Origin: the human T2T-CHM13v2.0 reference genome, Homo sapiens
Strand: one strand, 5' to 3'
DNA length: 64,000 bases
NCBI RefSeq assembly: GCF_009914755.1
Contig: NC_060941.1
Of this stretch, positions 16,901 to 30,474 are shown in pieces. Position 1 is the stretch's first letter, and the number at the start of each line of letters is the position of its first letter. A program made the position numbers and the translations under genes. The notes beneath the pieces are model-generated. The model ran no database searches, had not been told where the DNA came from, and worked only from the letters and a program-made list of their open reading frames with translations.

Positions 16901-18504
16901 GTCTGTGCGGCTGGCGGGGGTCGCGCCGCAGCCGCAACCCCACCCCCCCCTCCAGGCGCCCTTCCCCCACCGCCTCCGGCTCGCGGCGCCGACTGGGGCG
17001 AGCGAAAGGCTAAGGTCCTGGGGTGTGATTCTTGTCGTTGGAATGCGCCGCTTGGGATTGTGAAATTACCTGTGCCGACGCCGCGACCAGAAAACGCTGC
17101 TCGTCCTGAACGCGCACCTGGGCGCCGGGGCCGCCGGGCAGGCACCGCTGGGTCCCTGCCGCGGGGTTCCCCACTGCGCGCCTGGCCTGCGCCTAGACCA
17201 GGTCTCCTGAGCGCGCAGGCCGCCCTCGGACTTTCCGGGCGTTTGCGGGGAGGGCGTGCCCCGCGGCCTCTCCCTGTCGGCCGCCGGCCCCGCAGTTTGT
17301 GGCGCCCGCGGCTCTGCCCCTCACACTCACGCCAGGGCTGCCCCGCGACTGTTCCTAACCCAGAATAGTCCGTGCTTGTTCTGGGGTGTCGGGCGCGCCT
17401 CTGGTTATCCCGTTTTTACTTCCTCAGTCCTGAGTGAGCTTCGTGGAGTCAGTTGGGCCGTAGTTTTCGTCCTCTGGTAGCTCATGTCGGCCCCCAGCAG
17501 AGTTAGATGCCGATAAGCAGGGTTGCTTTTAAAAACAAAACGAAACATTTCTGGACTGTCACGTGAAGCAAAAGGGATTTAGTTTTGCCTGAAAAATGGC
17601 ATCTTGGCTGATAGGAAAGAGGTGGTTGACCTGACTCTGGAGTCCTTGTGGGGGTGGGGGGCCGGTGACAGGTATGTGTTTCTGTGGGAGAGTCAGAACT
17701 GTAAATATTTTCCAAAGGCGTAATATTTGAATTTTAATTTGAATGAGGACTTTGAGGCTCTGAGAGGTGAAGCGACTTGTCCGAGTGACCTTTTCCGGAG
17801 CTGGGTGCCGTGCTGTAGGACGCTGGGTCGTCCTGGCCTCTGCGCATTGCTTCTCCTTCATCTCCCAGCGCCCCAGCCGCCCCACCTTGGCCCTATCCTC
17901 GGGGTGGGGTGGAGGCGGGTGCCTCCCTGACACTTGGGGTACATTGGACTGGTACCACAGCCAGGATGGAAAACTTGGACGGGCTGTCCAAGTTTCTTCA
18001 CAGGAATACTATGAAGAAAAATTTCAGGGGCCAGCTTACTGCCTAGAGGTGACTTTAGTTACACAGCACTTGTTCAGACTATTTTTTGGGCAGAATAACC
18101 AACAATAAGCATATTCATAAAATGAAATATGCATAAAATAAAAATAATATACTTGTTATAAATAACCCTGTTGGTAAAGGATTGGTTCGGTAAAGGATTG
18201 GTAACATTTTAAAAACACTTCTCATTAGTTACATGCTTGTCCAGGTATTGTGAAAACCCCTGTGTATTATTTCCTTTGTGTTAAAATTGTGAAAAGAGTT
18301 ACTCTTGTTACAGCTTTTAAGACTGATTGGATGCCTGTGTTCCAATTTTTTTAGTGACCTTACTTTTTAAAGCACTGTGATGGATAGGACATAAAAAGAA
18401 TATGTTTATGCCAGTGACTTATTTTATTGTATTTTTCAAAGAATGCATATCATTTCAGAATGGGAACTCTGATTTGCTGCAAATGAAGATACCGGATTTA
18501 GGGC

Positions 18505-18627
18505 ATTTTTAAGAGATGGTGTCTCACTATGTTGCCCAGACTGGCCTTGAAGTCTTGGGCTCCAGCACCTCTCCTCCGTCAGCCTCCCAAGTAGCTGAGA
18601 CTACAGACAAATGCCACCTTGCCTGGC
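18505..18627 (-). mobile_element. FLAM
   Basis: Single Alu arm. Confidence 0.8.
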
Positions 18628-18844
18628 TAGAAATTCGTGGTAAAAACTTTAAATGCTGGATTACTGTCTGAAAGTGTAATTTTAACTGGCCTTCTAATGC
18701 TGTGATGAAATGCTGTAGAGTTCATCACTGAGATCCTGGAAATTAGAGCTTTGTTAAAGATGCGTGGGTTTTCAGTCGGCTTTACCACAGGGACTGGGAT
18801 GAGGTCGCATGGCCCCAACTGGCAGTTGTGGTACATTGGACTAG

Positions 18845-19415
18845 AATCTCAACAAGTGCTTCCGAGGGTCATCAGAGCAAGGGGACCAAAAGGATATAAG
18901 GGGGAAGCAGAAGGAGAAGGGAGGCTGGATGAGTGATAGCAGCACACAAGCCTGAGTGTCGCATGGTTCCCGTATTGTGTCAGTTTTGTCCATGGAGAAC
19001 AGACATTTAGAATTAAGAATGTATCCAAGACAGACAATAGGGATAGGAAGCAGAATTAGAGGAGTTCGAGACCAGCCTGGGCAAGGAAAGCTTTTGATCA
19101 TGATGCAGACCCAACACCTATGAAAGGGAAGCGGGAGGCAGCAGGTTTGGGCAGGGAGAGCCTCAGATAATGATGCAGACCTGAAGTCTTGGCCACTTGA
19201 TGGGGGAGCTCCCTAGCAAAGCCCACCCATTAGAGGGGTCTCAGGTTGGGCAGAAAGGACAGTCCCTAGTCTTTCTGTGGGTCAGTCATTGGCCAGAGGC
19301 TACTTTGGAAGAACGTGCCTTCAGCTCAGAAGCTAACACAAGTCTTGGGATCCTCGTGGTGCCAACAGCTGGAAGCTGTCAGCCCTCTGCAGTCCTTGCA
19401 GATGAATGGCAAGTT
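18845..19415. mobile_element. Old ERVL-type LTR (LTR16/LTR33-like)
   Basis: Internal repeat gcag..ttgggca.g.a.agc...atgatgcagac; resembles 35040-35340. Confidence 0.5.
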
Positions 19416-19419
19416 CGGT

Positions 19420-20027
19420 TTTTTTTGTTCTGTTTTGTTTTTTGAGACAAGGTCTGACTGTCACCTGGGGTGGAGTGCAGTGCTGTGATCATGGCTCACT
19501 GCAGCCTTGACCTTCCAAGCTCAGGCAATCCTTCCACTTCAGCCACCCAAGTAGCTAGGACAACAGGCCCGGCTGTTTCGTTTTTGTTTTGTTTTTTTTT
19601 GTAGAGATGGGATTTTGTTTTTGTTTTTGTTTTTTTTTTTGAGATGGAGGCTTGTTCTGCCACCCAGGCTAGAGTGCAGTGGTGTGATCTTGGCTCACTG
19701 CAACCTCTGCCTCCTGGGTTAAAGCGATCCTCCCGAGTAGCTGAGAATGCAGGTGTGCACCACTATGCCCGCCTAATTTTTGTATTTTTAGTAGAGGTGG
19801 GATTTCACCATGTTGGCCAGGCTGGTCTTGAACTCCTGACCTCAAGTGATCTGCCTGACTCAGCCTCCCACAGTGCTGGGATCACAGGTGTGAGCCACCA
19901 TGCCTGGCGTAGAGATGGGATCTTGCCATGTTGCCCAGGCTGGTCCCAAACTCCTGGGCTCAGGTGATCCTCTTGCTTCAGCCTCCCAAAGTGCTGGGAT
20001 TACAGGTGTAAGCCACTGTACCTGGTT
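19420..20027 (-). mobile_element. AluJ split by an AluS inserted in its middle A-rich linker
   Basis: gtagagatgggat duplicated at 19601 and 19909. Confidence 0.9.
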
Positions 20028-20507
20028 AAGTTCTTTCTTGAAAAAGGGATCCCAGTGGAACACCTCCATGGTTGACTGCCACAGGACCTCAGTTGCTTGG
20101 ACAGGGAGAGTCTCTTTAAAGAGTAAAGAGGTAAAATCCCCATCTGAGACCCGCTGTAGGCGTTGAGATTGCACCATCTTTTCCAGATGGAAGCTCCTCA
20201 TCCCCTCTGGGGTGTTTCTAAGGCAGAAGGCAGCTTCTCAGCTGCTGCTGCTTTTCTAGCCCTGGAATTGGCTGTGGTGGCAGCAGGATTCCTCTGTTGT
20301 GGTATCTGCAATCCTCCGAGTTGGGACATCATGACTTAACATGGTATTGCAGAATGGATAAGATAAATAGATCCAGTAAAAGATATGAAAATTTCATGTC
20401 TGAAATTTTCAGCCTGGGCAGAGAAAGTTGGTGACCACATCTCATGCTTCCTAAAAGGTCCTAGTTAACAGTCCTTCAGTTTCCAACCAGGTTGTCATCA
20501 CCTCATT

Positions 20508-20680
20508 GTCAGGGCTGCTGGGCATGGTTGTGCAATTTGTGTACTGTTCAAAGGCATCTGCTTAGAGAGTTGAGTGGGCCTGGCAGGGTTGTAGCAACCC
20601 AGAGGAAGGGGTGCCGTTTTGCAATTTTGCCTTTTTATATTCACACAAAGGTGCCCAAAGTGTTAAAGAAGTCTTAGAAA
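20508..20680. mobile_element. MER91-like hAT DNA transposon
   Basis: cagggctgctgggcatggttgtgcaatttgtgtactgttcaaaggca. Confidence 0.5.
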
Positions 20681-20799
20681 GTGAGTTTAGAAGGTTTTCC
20701 CTAGTCCCAGTACCAGCTTATTATTTGTTTTAAATTTGCATGTATGAAATTAAAAAGTTAATGCAAATTACATGAAATAAAAGCTGCTCAGGTGCACTC

Positions 20800-21180
20800 T
20801 GTATTAGTTATAGTTAATGCTAACTGTGGTTACAGATAAATTCCAAAATAGCCACTTAAGACAGTTAAAGTTGATTGCTGCCTCATGTCGCATCTGGTGT
20901 GAGTTGGGGGCCATCAGCAGGTGGTTGTTAGAGACTCAGGCTGGTGGATGCTCCTCTTCAGCATATGGCTCCCAAATTGCCCTGAATCTGCCAGCAGTCG
21001 GGAGAGGAGAAGGCGTGTGGAGGACCCTGCCCGAGGTTTTAGGGGCCAGGCCTAGAAGTGGTGCACATTATTTCTACTTATGTTCCACTGGCCAGACTCA
21101 GTCACAGAGCCCCACTGACATGCCAGGGGACTGCATCAAGCAGAGAGCATGCATATTGGTAAACATTAGTGTCTCTTTGT
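20800..21180 (-). mobile_element. MLT1J/K-like MaLR LTR
   Basis: tgtattagttatagttaatgctaactgtggttacaga...ttccactggccagactcagtcaca. Confidence 0.65.
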
Positions 21181-21631
21181 AGACATGATGACCATTCTCA
21201 ACCACATTTGCATCAGTATTTTATTACAAAAATTTTAATCAGAAAAATTAAGACTTACATAGTAAACACCCATGTACCAACCACCTAGATTCTAAATTAA
21301 TATTTTGCTGTATTTGCTTTATTTGTACATCTCTATATTCATTCCTCTACCCACCCATTAGTCTGTCTTATTTTTTGATGCATTTCAATGAAATGGTAGT
21401 TACCTCTACAATTCTACATGATATACTATACCCTTATTGTTTCTTGATTTGTTAGTTTTCAAGCCTCTCTACTACTAACGTGCACTATGAAAGTTGAGGA
21501 ATTAAGCACATTTTCCCTGCTATATATTCTCCTCACTCCCCATTTCTGCAAGTCATACTTAAATTTTCCAAATCCATTGTTAGTATAAAAATGCTAGTGG
21601 TAGAATACAAGTAGTGGTATACAGAAGTTTA

Positions 21632-21888
<257 letters not shown>

Positions 21889-22406
21889 TTAAAATTCTAA
21901 GGTAATCTATTGTTTTCCACTTCTATTTCTTGACTCACCAGCTTTAAATAGTGTCCTAGGCTTCGTCACAGGTAAATGAGGATGTAGTGCCCCTAAATGT
22001 CTTCTGCCTTATTCTCAAGAGTCCCCCTCCTGCACTTATTCCCAGTCTGCCTCTGGACCTTTCACATGGCTAGAACATTTTCATTCTGTTCCATAATTAG
22101 TATTAGTAAGTCTTCTGTGCATCATTTATAGGTTATTTCTAAAAATGGAAGGCCTATCAGCATTTAAAATATCAGGATCTCATGTATTATTTAATGGAGA
22201 ACCAGGTAGTATGTTTAGATTTATAGAGAAGACAGTGGCATCTTACATTGCATAACGCGTGATCTGTGAAGACAGGAGGAAGGAGTAAGGAGAATGGAAA
22301 GGAGTTGGTATGAATATGCTCTTTACTTTTAAAATTAATATGCTTTTATCCTGTTACTCAGTTTCTGTCTTTTGCAGACTGTAAGAGGGAATTTCTTTTT
22401 TCTTAA

Positions 22407-23110
<704 letters not shown>

Positions 23111-23322
23111 CAGGCAAATAATTTTTCCTCGAGCTTCAAATTCTTTATCTAGGAAAGGGAAGAGTAATATAACCTACATTGTAGGATTGTTGTGGTGATT
23201 CATAGGTTAAAACATATGAAGGCTTAAAATAGACACACATAGAAAGCACCTGATAAGTTTTAGCTGTTAATTCTTCTTAACCCTCCAACATAATACTTTG
23301 GTTTGGACTGGTTGCTTTCTAG

Positions 23323-23708
<386 letters not shown>

Positions 23709-24219
23709 AGTGAAGATGCATACATCAAATATCAATGGTAATACATAGTAAAAAATCTAAGAAGGTCAAATATATGTTACTGTAATAAATGTCAGTGGGT
23801 TAAGCTCCCCATTAAAGAGCTTCCCCTAATTAAGACAGAAAATCAAATATATATACTGCAGAAAAGCTTGTTTATACGTTACTTTGATTTTTAAAATTAA
23901 GTCATTTAAAGTTGTGGATAATAAAAAAGTAGCTCTTGAAATTTTCAAGTTCAACGTCTTGTTATTCCATATGTTCTATTTATAAATGCAGTAAAATTTA
24001 ATAAGCACTCTTTAAGAGCATCTGGTTAAATTGAGTTCTGTTTACAAACTTTGCTAATAAAATTAACATTTTAATTTGTGTTTATTAATTTAGTATATTT
24101 AGGTTCTTGTTAAAGTCTGACAAAAAAATCCAGTTTTTAAAGTCTTATAAATTTAATAATTATTCTAATAAACTTAGTGATTCTTAAGTCCTCTTATATA
24201 TTCCAAAACATTTATATTC

Positions 24220-24527
24220 TCTCTCTCTCTTTTTTTTTTTTTTGAGACAGTTTCTGTCTCTGTCACACAGGCTGGAGTGCAGTGGCAGGGTCAGAGCTTA
24301 CTGCAGCCTTGACCTCCTGGGTGCAGGCGGTCCTCTCACCGCAGCCTCCCGAGTAGCTACGACTACAGGAGCATGTCACCACCCCTGGCTAATTTTTGTG
24401 TTTTTTATAGAGACGGGGTCTTGCTATATTGCCCTGGCTGGTCTTGAACTCCTGGGCTCAAGCTATCCTCCCACCTTGGCCTCCCAAAGTGCTGAGATTT
24501 TATAGGTGTGAGCCACAGTGCCCAGCC
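24220..24527 (-). mobile_element. AluJ
   Basis: Alu reverse complement; tattctctct flanks. Confidence 0.92.
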
Positions 24528-24834
24528 TGTATTCTCTCTTTATATGTGTGTATATGTAGATGCAAGCTTTCCAATTTAAAATTACAAATTAATTACTCAG
24601 TTACATATTTTGAATTGGAATCGCAAGGTTGACCCTGTAACTCTTTAATAGATCCAATTCTCATAAACATTAAAAGTATAATTCTATAATGCAGATATTT
24701 CTTAATATGGAATTCTATTACTACTTGTCTGATTCTTTTGATTATTTCCCCACTTGTTCTAAATCTTTCTAGGATTAAAAGATGTTTACATAAGTGTTTT
24801 ATTCCAAATAATATTGGGATTTCTTCCCATGTAA

Positions 24835-25122
24835 TTTTTTTTTTTTTTTTTTTAAAGAGACAAAGTCTTGCTCTGTTGGCCAGGCTGGAGTGCAGTGGTG
24901 CGATGCTGGCCCACTGCAGCCTTGACCTTCCTCTCTGCCCCAGCCTCCTGAAGTAGCTGGGACTACAGGCAGTGCCACCATGCCCAGCTAATTAAAAAAA
25001 ATTTTTTTTTTGGTGCAGACGGGGTCTCACTGTGTTGCCCAGGCTAGTCTCCAGCTCCTGGCCTCAAGCGGTCCTCTCACCTAAGCCTCCCAAAGTGTTG
25101 ACATTTGCCACCATGCCTGGCC
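24835..25122 (-). mobile_element. AluJ with two internal deletions
   Basis: Target duplication cccat(g/a)taattttt at 24826 and 25122. Confidence 0.9.
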
Positions 25123-25204
25123 CCATATAATTTTTGGGGTTGTCTTCTCAGTTTGCTGAGGTTTTTTTTAATAAACAGAGATCTCTGACAGGGACAAGGT
25201 TGGG
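24934..25204. repeat. Left arm of a ~270 bp inverted repeat
   Basis: Reverse complement of 27419-27684, ~95% identical by manual alignment. Confidence 0.95.
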
Positions 25205-25671
25205 ATTCTTACCCTACCCAGACTTCAGATATCAGCTTGAGCAACTTTTGCTTTGGTTGGAACATATTCTTTAACATATTTGGTTTGAGCATATTCAGGG
25301 ATATTCTGTGCTTGTTAGTTTTCTCAACCTTCATCTGAGGATAATGTTTTGCCCTTACCCTTTATATACTTTGCCCGGGTATAGAATTCTTGTTCACCAC
25401 CTTTGTAATCTTTCTGTAGCATGGACTTCAAAACTTGAAGAAAGAGGTGTCATAATACTCATGTGCCTTAGATTCAAATTACATTTAATTTGTGTAGCTT
25501 CTAATAGCCTGAGACCCCCATTCGAACGGCCATATCACCTGATTAGAGTTTACACTTCTTTAGCACTTAAAATATATAAATATTTTCCCATTTAACTCCA
25601 AAGAACTTTGACTTGATAGAATACTGCCTGGTTTTTTTATACTTTCTGTCTCTTAAAGCAGTATCTTTTTT

Positions 25672-26655
25672 AAAAAAATTAATTTTATTTTAAGTTAAAT
25701 TTATTTTAAAAAGTTAAATTTATTTTAAGGATACACGTGCATGACATGCAGGTTTGTTACATAAGTAAACGTGTGCCATGGTGGTTTGCTGCACAGATCA
25801 ACCCGTCACCTAGGTATTAAAGCCCCACGTGCATTAGCTGTTTATCCTGATGCTGTCCCTCCTACTACCCCCGCCCTGACAGGCCCCAGTGTGTGTTGTT
25901 CCCCCCACCCCCTGTGCCGTTTCCATGTGTTCTCATTGTTAAGCTTCCATTTATAAGCAAGAACATGCAGTGTTTGGTTTTCTGTTCCTGTGTTAGTTTG
26001 CTGAGGATAATGGCTTCCAGCTCCATCCGTGTCCCTGCAGAGGGCATGATCTTGTTCCTTTTTATGGCTGCATTCTGTTCCATGGTGTATATGTACCACA
26101 TTTTCTTTATCCACTCTGTCATTGATGGACATTTGGATTGATTCCATGTCTTTGCTATTGTGAAAAATGCTGCAGTGAACATACAGGTACATGTATCTTT
26201 ATAACAGAATGATTTATATTCCTTTGGGTATATATTCAGTAATGGAATTGCTGAGTCAAATGGCATTTCTGGTTCTAGGTCTTTGAGGAATCGCTGCACT
26301 GTCTTCCACAATGGTTGAACTAATTTGCATTCCCACCAACAGTGTATTTCTCCACAGCCTCACCAGCGTCTGTTGTTTCTTGACTTTTTGATAATCGTCA
26401 TTCTGACTGGCATGAGATGGTATGTCATTGTGGTTTTGATGTGCATTTTTCTAATAATCAGTGATGTTGAACTATTTTTCATACGTTTGTTGGCTGCATA
26501 AATATTTTCTTTAGAAAAGTACCTGTTGATGTCCTTTGCCCACTTTTTAATGGGTTTTTTTTTTCTTGTAAATTTGTTTAAGTTCCTTGTAGATTCTGGA
26601 TATTAGACTTTTGTCAGATGGATAGCTTGCAAAAATGTTCTCCCATTCTGTAGGT
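25672..26655 (-). mobile_element. L1PA (older primate) 5'-truncated 3' end
   Basis: ORF2 C-terminal remnant in the ORF track (25865-26311, -); target duplication agcagtatc(t/c)tt(t/c)tt at 25657 and 26656. Confidence 0.93.
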
Positions 26656-27418
26656 AGCAGTATCCTTCTTGACAGTTAAAACAAAATGTGATTTAATTGT
26701 GGATATCTTTCTTGGCTTTGTCTATCTTACAAGATAATTCTACTGAAACAATAGTATCAGTTAAAAACACAATACACCACAGAGTGTCTTAAATGAGATA
26801 GGACCTTTTATATTGATAAAAGTACAATTCAAGAATAAAAAGTAGCAGTTACAAAGTCCACTCACTAAATAGCAAAACACTGGAAATAACTAAAGCAAAA
26901 CCTATTTGAAACACATGGAAAAACTCACAAGTAAAGTGGGAGAATTTAACTGTCTTACACAAACCATTTTTTCAAAATTATCATGGAATGGTTAATATAT
27001 TGATCTATTCTAAGGCCAGGAAGAAAACCTCATTACTGTTGTTCAAGGGAAATTTTACTGGTCACTCTGTGATCGTAATGCAATAAAACTGTAAATAATG
27101 AAAGTTGACATTTTAAAAACTTATTCTATTTGGAAATTTTGAGTCAAATAGGAATTGAAAACTACAATTATAGATCATTTAGAAAAATAATTATGAAATA
27201 CTAATAAAGTTACAAATAATAAGCAAATTTATTCCTCTGAAAACTTTTATTATCAAAAAATAAAGAATGAAAATTAAGTTCTACACAAAGGACATTCAAA
27301 AGAAAAGAAACAACAAAAGAAATCTGGGATAACCGGAGGGAGTTTTTAAAAACGGCAGACATTAATGAAGTAAGTTACGACTGTGTCTGTTTCACTCTTC
27401 TCTTTCCTCAGTACCTAG

Positions 27419-27684
27419 CCCAGCCTTGTCCCTGTCAGAGATCTCTGTTTATTAAAAAAACCTCAGCAAACTGAGAAGACAACCCCAAAAATTATATGGG
27501 ACCAGGCATGGTGGCAAATGTCAACACTTTGGGAGGCTGAGGTGAGAGGACCGCTTGAGGCCAGGAGTTGGAGACTAGCCTGGGCAACACAGTGAGACAC
27601 CATCTGTACAAAAAAAAATTTTTTTAATTAGCTGGGCATGGTGGCACTGCTTGTAGTCCCAGCTACTCAGGAGGCTGGGGCAGA
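27419..27684. repeat. Right arm of the ~270 bp inverted repeat (includes a tailless partial Alu, +)
   Basis: Shares the private Alu deletion gtggcaaatgtcaacacttt and ~80 bp of non-Alu flank with 24934-25204. Confidence 0.95.
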
Positions 27685-27777
27685 AAAAGCCTAAGAGTAT
27701 GTTCTTTGTTAAACAAATGAAGTAAAGTTTTAGTTAGACTCATCAAGAAATAGGATAACACAAATACCCCAAATTAG

Positions 27778-27900
27778 CTATATATATGTAATGTGTATAT
27801 ATATATTATATTATATATAATTTATATTATATATAGTGTATATAATATGTTAGCTACATATATGTGTTTATATATATACTATATATATAATGTATATAAT
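27778..27900. repeat. Degenerate (TA)n low-complexity tract
   Basis: tatatatgtaatgtgtatatatatattatattatatataat... Confidence 0.9.
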
Positions 27901-28062
27901 CAGGAATGTTGGATATTTTTTAAAAACTAGAATAAAAAATAGAAAATCTTGATGAAATTAGGAAAACAAAATTACCAAAATCAATTCATAAAGAAATGAA
28001 ACACTTGGACAGAAAAATATTCTTGGAAGATGTCACAAAGTGACTTAAGAAAATAGCTCCCA

Positions 28063-28360
<298 letters not shown>

Positions 28361-29539
28361 ACCTCCTCAAATAATCCTGAATCCAGATGGTGTTATAGGT
28401 AAAGTTTTTCATATATGAGAAAAATGTAATTTCTGTGCTATTTAAAGTTATGTGGTATGTTTCCCAAAGATATTGGATATTACATATTACAGAGGATATA
28501 ATAAGATATGTACAGATGATTATTTCTTAATTTAATAATTAACATATGCTAGAAAAACTATAACTTGTACATTTAATCTATGTCTGTTGCTTAGGATCAG
28601 GTTAAGTCAAAGAAGAAATTAGTCAATATTAAGTTTATGCAGAAAAATATTAAACACATAAGACAGCTGAATGCAAATATAGCCAAAATTATGAAGGTGA
28701 TATTCAAATAATAGAAACTTGAAAAATATTCCAAAGTACAGAAAAGATGGAAAGCATTCCGATTTGTTTTGATAAAAGTAGTACTAATACTGTTAATACT
28801 GTTTCTGATACCAAAGCTTTTCAAAGATGGTATGAACAAAGAAAGCCACAGTATATTCTTACTAATGTAGATGCTCTCCTTAACTGACATATCAGCCACA
28901 TTTAATCCAACCATGCATTTAAAAAAACATTACACCATTGGCTAAAAAGTGGCTTATTCTAAGAATGCAAAAATATTATTATATAAATAGAATTGGAAAT
29001 ATCAGTACATTTAAAGATAAAAATTAACATCATACTGTATGTCAGTAATGCATTTAATAAAATTTAACATCTACCTCATAAACATTTAATTCCTGTTGGA
29101 ATAGTCTGGATCTTTTCTGAAGATAAATAAAATGCTCTAAAAGCAGCACATACCATGCTTAACAGGAAACCAAAAACATCCCCATAAAGGTCAGGGACAA
29201 AACAGTGGTGCCCATACAAGACTGTATGACACTGTTTTCAAATATACTAGCCAAACCAGTAAGATTTTAAAAAAATGGTTATTAAAAAATGAGAAAAAAT
29301 TAGCATTATTTGTAGATACTAGAATTCTCTTGTTAGAATAACCAAGGAGATCAACTGAAAAAGCATGAGAACTTATGGCAATTTAGTAAGGTAACCAGCT
29401 TGGAAATGAGTATATAAATTCAGATATATATGTGTGTGCTTGTATGCTTGAATGATTCAGATATGTATGTGTATGCTTATATGATGTAGATGTATATGTA
29501 ACAGTAGTTTTATGTTAGTAATCAGAAACGATGGTATAT

Positions 29540-29886
<347 letters not shown>

Positions 29887-30264
29887 TGAGGAAGAAATAA
29901 GAAGTGTGCAAGGCCTCTGTGGGAGCTATAAACTATCTACTCAGGGGCATAGATACAAACTATCTCCTCAGAGGCACTGGTGTTGATGTGGTAGGTGTCC
30001 TCCATTAAGTGGAGGAATTATCATTATATATTATAGTTCTGAAAATCAGAAATAGCTGCTGAATTTTCCAAAATGCCTTTTGGGCATTCACACAGATCTA
30101 TTTTTCTTTTTAGATAGAATGATTTGATGGATTTAAATATCTTCACCTTACAATAAACTGTGTCAGGTTTTTCTAAATCTTCCTTTTGGAATTTTTTTTT
30201 TTTTAACATGAAAGGTGAATTAACAGCATTAATTTTTCTTGGTCCCTTATTGCGTTATATATAA

Positions 30265-30474
<210 letters not shown>

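Larger units (their letters stand above)
16310..17500 (+). promoter_or_regulatory. SPECC1: CpG island / TATA-less alternative promoter and 5' UTR
   Basis: Abrupt switch to very GC- and CpG-rich sequence, with several GGGCGG boxes at 16543-16673 upstream of the ATG exon. Confidence 0.9.

Noticed and set aside
16210-17480. Overlapping 120-190 aa ORFs on both strands of the CpG island
   Set aside because: Stop-poor GC-rich DNA giving low-complexity Pro/Arg/Ala/Gly translations. The spliced 40 nt exon in strong Kozak context explains the locus better.
18173-18202. ggtaaaggattggt repeated twice; similar short duplications at 29930/29957 and 49145/49164
   Set aside because: Ordinary slippage-type micro-duplications.
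25865-26311. 148 aa ORF resembling the L1 ORF2 C-terminus
   Set aside because: Remnant of a 5'-truncated L1PA with no promoter; not a gene.
23720-26745. Possible inversion of a single old L1 (strand switch near 23865 and 26745)
   Set aside because: Too decayed to tell an inversion from a nested opposite-strand L1 without alignment.
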